This document shows, one piece after another, positions 53,931 through 64,000 of a DNA stretch of 64,000 nucleotides. The first letter of the stretch is position 1, and the number at the start of each line of letters is the position of its first letter. The DNA is from Octopus vulgaris (Eukaryota): contig OX597825.1 in the NCBI GenBank assembly GCA_951406725.2, forward strand, positions 24,552,001-24,616,000. Direction: 5' to 3'. The translations under genes and the position numbers were made by a program. The notes below the pieces were generated by a model. The model was not told the origin of the DNA, ran no database searches, and saw only the letters and a program-made list of their open reading frames with translations.

Positions 53931-54115
53931 TTACTATGTGGATTCTTAATACGCTCTTGTCATTTATACCATGGAATAAAACTATTAATTATTTCTTGCA
54001 ATGATAAGAACCAAATGGATGGAGAAGAGGATTTTAAGACTGTCATAGAAAGAGAAAAAAAAATGAGAAGAAAAGAAGTATGAGCCAAAAAAGAAGATAT
54101 TGAGAATGCAGGTAG

Positions 54116-55258
54116 AAGGCACAGGACGAGGGTGAAGGATGAGGGCACAGGATGAAGGCACAGGACGAGGGTGAAGGATGAGGGCAGAGGATGAAGGCAC
54201 AGGACGAGGGTGAAGGATGAGGGCAGAGGATGAAGGCACAGGACAATGGCACAGGATGAGAGCACAGGATGAAGGCATAGGAAGATAGCAAAGGTTGAGG
54301 GCACATGATGAAGGCACAGGAGGATAACAAAGGTTGAGGTTTCAGGATGAAGGCACAGGACAAAGGCACAGGATGAGGGCACAGGATGAAGGTACGGGAC
54401 GAGGGAACTGGACGAAGGCATCAGGATGAGGGCAACAGATGAGGGTACAGGATGAAGGCACAAGACAAGGGCAACAGATGAGGGCACAGGATGAAGGTAC
54501 AGGACAAGGGTGAAGGATGTAGGCAGAGGATGAAGGCACAGGATGAGGGCACAGGATGAAGGCACAGGACGAGGGTGAAGGATGAGGGCAGAGGATGAAG
54601 GTACGGGACGAGGGAACTGGACGAAGGCACAGGATGAGGGCAAAGGATGAGGGCACAGGATGAAGGCACAGGACAAGGCACAGGATGAGGGCACAGGATG
54701 AAGGTACGGGACGAGGGAACTGGACGAAGGCATCAGATGAGGGCAAAGGATGAGGGCACAGGATGAAGGCACAGGACAAGGCACAGGATGAGGGCACAAG
54801 ATGAAGGCACAGGACGAGGGTGAAGGATGAGGGCAGTGGATGAAGGCACAGGACGAGGGAACAGGATGAAGGCACAGGACGAGGGTGAAGGATGAGGGCA
54901 GAGGATGAAGGTACGGGACGAGGGAACTGGACGAAGGCATCAGATGAGGGCAAAGGATGAGGGCACAGGATGAAGGCACAGGACAAGGCACAGGATGAGG
55001 GCACAGGATGAAGGTACGGGACGAGGGAACTGGACGAAGGCATCAGATGAGGGCAAAGGATGAGGGCACAGGATGAAGGCACAGGACAAGGCACAGGATG
55101 AGGGCACAGGATGAAGGCACAGGACGAGGGTGAAGGATGTAGGCAGAGGATGAAGGCACAGGACGAGGGAACAGGATGAAGGCACAGGACGAGGGTGAAG
55201 GATGAGGGCAGAGGATGAAGGCACAGGATGAGGGCACAGGATGAGGACACAGAATGAG
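54116..55258. repeat. Purine-rich 13-bp satellite (ggcacaggatga(a/g)) with higher-order structure
   Basis: Marker ggtacgggac at 54391, 54600, 54703, 54910 and 55013. Confidence 0.92.
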
Positions 55259-55524
55259 AGGCTGTCTCAATAGGAGCAGTGTTTCACATTAATTTGAGGG
55301 AAAAATTATAAACTGGCTAACCCTTTAATTTTAAACTGGCCATATCTGGTCCAAATATTCTACCTGTTTTATGTTCAAACCAGTCAGATCTGGCTTCTCA
55401 CACCAACCCTCCAATGTCATTCTAAAAATAAACAATCACATCATTGTGTGCTTGTGTGACACCAACACATATAACACCTCTGACTCTCTCTCTCTCTCAC
55501 ACACACACTCACTCTCTCTCACTC

Positions 55525-55559
<35 letters not shown>

Positions 55560-57491
55560 CTGCCTCTCACTTTCCGTCTCTCTCCTCCTCCTCTCTCACT
55601 CTCACTCTATCTATTTATCTATATCTATCTATATATATATCTGTCGCACTCTCTCTTCATATCTTTCGCCCTCTTTCTCTCCTTTTCTCTCTCTCCCTCT
55701 TTATCTCTCTATCTATCTCTCTTTCTTTCTCTCTCTCTCTCTGACACACCACACACTCACACGCACACTCAAACACACAGAAACTCTCATATACACACAG
55801 TCTCATATACATATTCTCTCATATGCACACTTTCATAAACATGCACACACTCAGTCAGACAAACACACACACATACATTCATATACATACTCAAACACAC
55901 AAACACACATGCACTCTTACACACATGCACATACCATCATCCCCACACACACACACATACATGCACAATCCCTCACACAAACTCACTCACATAGATACAC
56001 ACTTATACACACACACACAGTCATACACACAAACGCACACACTCACATGCACACTCTCACATACCCAAACACTCACACACATGCACACACTCACATACAC
56101 TCACATACCCACACACTCACACATACACCCACACACACAAGCACTCACATATCCACACACTTATGCACACACTCGCTTACACACACAGTCACACACACAC
56201 ACTCATGCACACACACATACACAGACACATACACTCGCATGCACACACACACACACACACAACACATTTATATACTTAAATCATAAATAATTCCCTTTCA
56301 ACCAAAAAGAAAACCTGAAGAACAAACTACCACCACAACCACCACCAACACTACCATGACGACTACCACTAATACCTTAACCACCAATACCATTACTACT
56401 GTCAACACCACCACTACTACTACCACTACTGCCACCACCACCACCACAGCCACAACCACCACCAATACAATCACAATGACCACCACTACCACCGAAGCCA
56501 CTGATACCATTACCGCCACTACCGCCACTACCACCACCACCATCACCTCTGCCACCGCCACTACCCCAAAACCACCGATGGCATTACCAGCACCACCCCC
56601 ACCGCCACTACCACTAACACCACCTCCACCACAACTACAACACCAGGAACACAATACTGTTGACCACCACTACCACCACAACTACTACAAACACTACCAC
56701 TACAACCACCAGGAACACAATAATGTTGACCACTGCTACCACCAAAACCACTGATACCATTAGCACCAACAACACCACTACACCCACCACCACCACTGTC
56801 ACCACCACCAACAACAACAACACCACCACTACCACCACAACCACCACCAACACAATCAGGATGTTACCACTACCACCAAAAACATCAATACTATTACCAC
56901 CACCAACACCACCACAATCACTGCTGACATTACCACCATCAACAACACTAGCACCACCATCACTATACCCACTACCAACACTAGCACCACCACTACCACC
57001 ACCACCATCATCACCACTATCACCACAACCATGGTGACCACCACAACTACCACCAACACTTTCGCAATGACAACCATTACCACTACCACCAAAACCACCG
57101 AGACCATTACCACTGCCATCACCACCACCACCATCACTGATGCTACAACCACAGACACCACCTACCTCCTCCACCAACACTACTACCAACAACAGCAACA
57201 TCATTGCCAATGACATCACCTACACCATCACAACTGCAAAAGATAACACCAACACCAACACCAACACCACCAACAACAACAACAGCAGCAACGTTGATAT
57301 ATTTACTAAGAATTAAAATTTAGAAGTACAACATTTTGTTTTTTTCCCCCTCCAAAGTAAACGAAAGATTAAATTTATCCATAAATGTCTAAATCTGTGA
57401 GTTGTGCCATGAATATATGACCACCAACGGAGATGGTATTGCATGGCACTAAATACGGAGAGGAATCAACTGACAGAAATAAACTTTATCT

Positions 57492-57505
57492 GTTGCTAAG
57501 GTAAC
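57492..57505. promoter_or_regulatory. Possible RFX X-box
   Basis: GTTGCTAAGGTAAC fits the 14-bp X-box consensus and lies in a unique island. Confidence 0.3.
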
Positions 57506-57675
57506 CAGTAAAAACAAAAGAAAAAATATAAAGAGAATTATTTTAAGAGCAGAAATACATTTTTTTTAAAAATATCACAGTAAAAAAAAATCAAGAAAAT
57601 TTTAAACTAATGCAAATATGAAATAAATATTATCAAATTTATTGATTAAACACACACACACACACACACACAAAC

Positions 57676-57727
<52 letters not shown>

Positions 57728-58309
57728 GCACACACACACACACACAGAAGCACACACACACACAAACACACACACATACAAGACATACATATGCACACAC
57801 ACACAAACACATAAGACATACACACACACACATAAGATATACACATACACACACACACATAAGGCACACACACACATGCACATAAAACATACACACACAC
57901 AAGACATACACGCAGACATAAGACACACACACACAAGACATACACATACACATAATACACTTTCACAAATATCCACGTAAACACTTGTGCACATGCATAC
58001 ACACCCACACACACACACACACACTCATACACCACACACACATCAGATCATTTGTTCATTTAGCATCCTTTTTTTCTTTCTTTTATGAATTACCTGGAGA
58101 TATAGGTAAGGAAGGAGTGTACAGCCAGATGCTCTTCCTGTCACAGACCCTTACATGTTTTAAGGATTCTTTTTTTATTATTGGGATCTTCAAAAGTACA
58201 CACAAACCAATCATAAATGTCCACAGGAAATGCAAACATTTATGCACATCCACACACACATACACACACATTTACATATGATATATATATATGTGTGTGT
58301 ATGTGTATG

Positions 58310-58342
<33 letters not shown>

Positions 58343-58346
<4 letters not shown>

Positions 58347-58645
58347 GAAATGAAGAAAATGCTGACAAAATAATTTAAGTAATTTAAGTAATTTAATTAG
58401 GTGAAAGTTCTTTTTACCGGTTGCGCATTTGTTATGCTTATCAAAAGAGAGATAGAGTTTCTTTCTGATAGATTTTTTCCTCTTATCTGGAATAAGAGGA
58501 ATAAGAGGAAAAAATCTATCAGAAAGGAACTCTATCTCTCTTTTTGATAAGCATAACAAATGTGCAACCGGTAAAAAGAACTTTCACCTAATTAAATTAC
58601 TTAAATTACTTAAATTATTTTGTCAGCATTTTCTTCATTTCCTTT
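58343..58645. repeat. Long inverted repeat, ~145-bp arms, embedded in (TA)n
   Basis: Arms are nearly perfectly reverse-complementary; the apex carries a 9-bp duplication ataagagga. Confidence 0.95.
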
Positions 58646-58680
58646 TTTATATATCACAACTCGTGTTCCAAATCTCCTTT

Positions 58681-58756
<76 letters not shown>

Positions 58757-58890
58757 GTATGTATATCTGTATGTATATATGTATGTAATATGTATATATA
58801 TGTGTATGTATGTATATATGTATGTATGTATATATGTATGTATGTATACATGAATATCTGTATGTATGTATGTATGTATGTATATGTATG

Positions 58891-58924
<34 letters not shown>

Positions 58925-59979
58925 TGTATGTATGTATGTATACATGTATGTATGTATATGTATGTATATATGTAAGTAGGTGTGTATATAGGCACAGGAG
59001 TGGCTGTGTGGTAAGAAGTTTTCATTTCGTCTATATGGTTCTGGGTTCAATCTCAATGCATGACACCTTGAAAAAGTATATTCTATTGTAGCCTCCAGCC
59101 AAACAAAGCTTTCTGAGTAGAATTGATGAAAGAAACTGAAAGAAGCCCTTCGTATACATTTAAGTCATGGACTGGCAGTGTGATTAGCCTCTGATTTAGT
59201 TTGGGTGCATGATGGTGAAACATCGATATTCATCACTCCTGAATGGGATTTAAGGTGAGTTGTCTCACCTTTCCATGACTTTCAGGTGTTTTAACACTGC
59301 CTCATTGAGGGGGTCATCTTCACCATACCAAATTGCAGCCAACAGGCAAACAAGCCAGTTGTGTATGTGAAGTATGTGTGGTCGATAATGTGTGTGAGTG
59401 TGTGTGTGTGTTTGTGTTTGTCCCTCATCACTGCTTGACAACTGGTGTTCATGCATTTACATCACCCATAACTTAGCAGTACAGCAAAAGAGACCAATAG
59501 AATAAGCACCAGGTTTTTAAAACAGTTAGTGCCCCAGCATGGCCACAGTCTAATGACTGAAACATGTAATAAACAATTTTGAAATAGATAAAGATATATA
59601 TATATATTTATATATATATATATATGTTCTTTTACTTGTTTTAAATCATTGGACAGCAGCCATGCTGGGGCATCAAGCTTATTCTTTTGAACTTTGGTAC
59701 TTATTCTATTGGTCTCTTTTGCTGAACTGTTAGGTTGCACTGATGTAAACAAACTAGCCCCAGTTGTCAAGGGGTGATAGAAGAACAAACACACACACAC
59801 ACAAACACACACATTTATATGAGGGGGCTTCCACTCAGTTTTCGTCTACCAAACTCACTCACAAGACATTGGTTGGCCTAGGGCTATAGTGGAAGACACT
59901 TGTCCAAGATGCCAAGTTGTGGCATCATCATCATCATCTTCTTCATCATCATCATCATCATCATCTTCTTCATCATCAC

Positions 59980-60019
<40 letters not shown>

Positions 60020-61029
60020 GTCATCATCATCATCATCACCATCTTGATCATCATCTTCATCTTTGTCTTCATCACCATCTTCATCATCATTTTCATCATC
60101 ATCATCATCTTCATCATCATCATCATCATCATCGTCATCACCATCATGATCATCATCTTCATCTTCGTCTTCATTATCCTCATTTTCATCATCATCATCA
60201 TCATCATCGTCTTTATTGTTTTAACATCCAATTTTTCATGAATAATTTCTGATGAACTTCATCAAGGTGGATATCCTATGACCAGTAACCCCATTTGCCA
60301 ACCCCCATCCCTGTTTCCAAGTGAGTTTATATTTTCCCGTGAGTTTTTTTGGGTTTTTTTTTAAACCTGAGCAGCAAAATGGCTGAACAGGATTTTATGA
60401 AAGATTGCAAATGAACTGCATTGCCTGCTTGACAATAACATTCATTTACAACTTGCAGTCTGATGTCATGACAAGCAGGACAAGAATACATATTCATACA
60501 CACACACATATGCACATACACACGTGCACATACACATATACACACACACAAACGTACACATGCATGCAGACACATACACACATGTATATAGGCACACACA
60601 TATACACAGACACACACGTATGCATACAGACACACACACATGTGCATACAACCTCACACTCTCACACACGTGCACATACAGATATGCATACAGAAATGCA
60701 CATTCATATGTATACAGAAATGCACACACAGACACGTGCACATACACACGTGCATGTACACATTGAAAAGTATAAAGTGTACATACCAATCATATCCATT
60801 CAGCCACTGGATATACTAAATGTACAAAGCCTTGATGCATTTTCTACTCTCAATAGTTACATGCAGTGAAACATAACAACATTAACTTTTGGATTATTTT
60901 TCTTCCCTAGACTTGTGTGCTACAAATGAGATCCTCCAAAATTCTAAGTCTTCCTGTTTTGCCTTTATTCAAACAATACCCACAATTCAATAAAGAAAAT
61001 AAATTTACACAAAAATACAAACCACATGT

Positions 61030-61345
61030 CAAATAACATCAAAGCTTGGCTTTCAGCTGAGGTGGGGAAGGACAATGCTGATACATGCCTGCGATGTCCT
61101 GGATCCTCCACCACTCCATATTAGCCCCAGTGTATGGAGTTTGTCAATTCCTTCATCTACCTGGGGTCCACAGACATCAACAGTGGAGATCTGATCCAGG
61201 AGATTAACAGCAGATGTGGTCAGGCCACCACTTCCTATGGAAACCCCTTTGGTATCACTGCTTTATCTCTCAGAAAATGAAGCTCTACATCAGCAATGTT
61301 TCAGTTCTCTCCATTCTCCTCTATGGAACAGAAATATAGCTCCTC
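61030..61345 (+). mobile_element. RTE reverse transcriptase remnant
   Basis: MEFVNSFIYLGSTDINSGDLIQEINSRCGQA (cf. FxYLGS..EIxxRI). Confidence 0.7.
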
Positions 61346-61597
61346 ATGAAGACCCTAGCAAATGGGATATATATGCACATACATATAGACAGGTAGATAG
61401 ACAGATAGATATACAGAGAGATAATATGCACACACACATATATGTATATATATATATGTGTGTGTGTGTGTGGATTAAAGTATATATATATATGTATATA
61501 TATATATATACATATATACTTTAATCCATAGCTTAAAAGCTGGCTAGGTGGTCTGTGCTGTCAAGTGTTAAGTACCATGAGTGTGGATACACTAATG

Positions 61598-61634
<37 letters not shown>

Positions 61635-61635
<1 letters not shown>

Positions 61636-62191
61636 TGCCCTGATGCAATACCAGGCAGAGGCTCTCATGGCTTCTGATCTTCACTGATTGGAAGTGCTAT
61701 AATGTACATTGTTTTGTTTTGGTATAAATGATGGGCTACAGCAAATATTCTGCTCAATACCACAGATTTGCTTGTCAGTTGTTTGACCTTAACCAATTGA
61801 CCAGGTCCCTTAGTGGCTGACGATATGTGCATTCTTGATCACGAGCAGAAGTAGAGGGGGAGCATCATAGCCATGTGTTGAGAGGGATTCTTTGGGGTTT
61901 GAATAATTCACCTCTGGAAATATGGGTGATTCGTTCAACATCCTTAAACAACCCTTATTCAGGGACCTTTTGAGCAGGATGGGCTACTCGACCAGAAGAA
62001 AATTCTAACTGGGACCCGCCTGCAAGGTCATGTGTTGTTTATCTTGATATGAGATCACCATGTCACACACATATGGTTGTGATGCATGTACCTAGTGTAA
62101 CCTTATCAGACGGGTAGTCATGATGGTTATACTGGGCTTCATATATTTTTACCCTGGTGTAACTTTGATAGCATACACTGCTGTCTCACTG
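61635..62191 (+). mobile_element. (TAA)n-targeting non-coding retroposon, copy 4 (full length)
   Basis: (taa)n on both sides; same 5' start as copy 3. Confidence 0.85.
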
Positions 62192-62224
62192 AATAGTCAT
62201 GATAATAATAATAATAATAATTTT

Positions 62225-62450
62225 TTATTTCTTTTCCACCTACAAGGGGCTAAACACAGAGTGGACAAACAAGGACAGACAAATGGATTAAGTCGATTAT
62301 ATCGACCCCAGTGCGTAACTAGTACTTAATTTATTGACCCCGGAAGGATGAAAGGCAAAGTCGACCTCGGCGGAATTTGAACTCAGAACATAGCGGCACA
62401 TGAAATACCACTAAGCATTACGCCCGGCACGCTAACGTTTCTGCCAGCTC

Positions 62451-62452
<2 letters not shown>
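62225..62452 (-). mobile_element. SINE family B monomer
   Basis: Colinear copy. Confidence 0.85.
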
Positions 62453-62484
<32 letters not shown>

Positions 62485-62879
62485 TAATAATAATTATAGA
62501 TGAAGCACCAACCTCTCATGCCGAAGAGCAATATTTTCTCTCTCTATTGATTCAATTATCTGTGATTGTACAAACTGTGTTTACTGAACACAATACGAAT
62601 GTAATGCAAACAGAAATGAAAGTAAGAAAGTCAATGATTTGCTCAACCTTTCTATTGTCAATTGATTCATTCCAGAAATATAGAAATATTATAATTAGAT
62701 CTTCGTTTATAAATAATTCCAATATTAATTAATAAGTAAATAAGAGAACATAATCAGATGAAGTGGACTCTGGTGGTGACCCCTGTAAAAGGATCCATCG
62801 ACACTATGCCAATTTGATAACAATGTTAACGATGAAAAATCAGTAGCAATTGAAATTCAAGATTAATTATATTTAATTG

Positions 62880-63187
62880 TGGAGGTACATGGCATAGTGG
62901 TTAGAGCAGCGGACTCGAGGTCGAGTGATTGCAGGTTCGAATCTCAGGCCAGGCGATGTGTGTGTTTATGAGCGAAACACCTAAGATCCACGCGGCTCCA
63001 GCAGGAGGTAATGGTGAACTTCTGCTGACTCTTTCGCCACAACTTTCTCTTACTCTTTCCTCCTGCATCTTGCAGCTCACCTGTGACAGACCGGTGTCCC
63101 ACCCTGGTGGGAAACCTATACCCCAAGGAAGCCGGGAAACCGGCCCTTATGAGCCAAGCATGGCTCAAGAAGGAACAAACAACAACA
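62880..63187 (+). mobile_element. tRNA(Arg)-like SINE family E, tail type 2
   Basis: A box tggcatagtgg, B box ggttcgaatct, (aac)n end. Confidence 0.8.
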
Positions 63188-63769
63188 TATATTTGATTAA
63201 TCTTCAGACCAATAATAATACTTATCTTACTTTCATTCTGAGATCAAATTCCGCTGAGGTCAACTTTGCCTTTCATCCTTTTGGGGTTGATAAATTAAGT
63301 ACCAGTTACATACTGGGGTTGATCTAATCAATTGGCCTCCCTCCCCAAAAATTTCGGGCCTTGTGCCTAGAGTAGAAAAGAATATTTATCTTTACCTTTT
63401 TAAAATAAATATTTGTCTCCTTGCAGATATATAATGGGGTAGGTAAAGTCTTAATCTTTTACTTTTTCATTCATTGAATTGTAGATGTTGCCATGCTGGA
63501 GCAGCACCTTGAAGGAATTTGGTCAAATAGATTGACCCCAGGACTTATTTTTTTAAATCTGATACTTATTCTATGTCTCCTTTGCCAAACTGCTAAGTTT
63601 TGGTGACATGTGACATAAAGAAACCAACAATGGTTGTCAAGCGATGAAGTGGGGAACAAACAAGGACACAAGGTGTGCACACACACACACACTCACACAC
63701 ACACATAATATATGCCCCCAGCATGACCATAGTTCAATGACCAATACAGGTAAAAGCTAAAAGATATTT

Positions 63770-64000
63770 ATGTCTCACAAGGAGGTAAGGAGCGCCCCTT
63801 AGCATTGATTGGATTTGGTTGATGGAGGAAGCAGGTTAAGGAGGGGGGTCGTCATTTTTGAGAAAGCACGTATTCTGCATGAAGAACTTAAGTGTGCTGC
63901 TCGAAAGTACACTGCTGGTGTAGTGAATGGGGAAAGCTTGGTTTGCAATATTTGCAGTCATGTATGCTTGTCGAGAGCAGGGCTCAGTAGACACCAATGG
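63770..64000 (+). mobile_element. RTE (BovB-like) LINE C-terminus with zinc finger; runs off the window
   Basis: WRKQVKEG..FEKARILH..LVCNICSHVCLSRAGLSRHQW. Confidence 0.75.

Noticed and set aside
53960-55270. Repetitive Cys/Pro-rich protein
   Set aside because: The 13-bp unit cycles through frames, so these ORFs are satellite artefacts
61642-61865. U1 snRNA origin of the TAA element (taccaggcagagg, tgatcacga, gtagtggggga resemble U1 words)
   Set aside because: The matches are short, the spacing is not U1-like, and there is no ACTTAC or Sm site; a cmsearch with the U1 model would settle it
62880-62955. tRNA gene
   Set aside because: The acceptor stem does not close and the sequence continues into a SINE body shared with another copy; the same applies to 2171 and 28880

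Overview
This is eukaryotic, AT-rich and extremely repeat-dense DNA. The dense tRNA-derived SINEs, the long (AT)n/(ATC)n/(AAT)n/(AC)n tracts and the 5S/U6 sequences point to a coleoid cephalopod, probably Octopus (inference). Nearly all supplied ORFs are microsatellite artefacts. Real content: at least four tRNA-SINE families, many with clean TSDs; RTE and R4/Dong LINE remnants; decayed DNA transposons (mariner, pogo/Tigger, hAT, Merlin, Helitron); a solo LTR; and retroposed U6 and 5S copies. The most notable observations are: (1) at least five minimal type-I hammerhead ribozyme motifs of the Penelope/dimeric type, plus two long palindromes in (TA)n; (2) a ~560-bp non-coding (TAA)n-targeting retroposon in 4 copies, one fused to an R4 endonuclease fragment; (3) a U6-RTE 3'UTR chimera and a 5S-SINE juxtaposition; (4) a 47-bp minisatellite amplified from Merlin transposase coding sequence; (5) a tentative chain of short minus-strand exons that may be a host gene. 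All calls were made by eye and no database searches were run.
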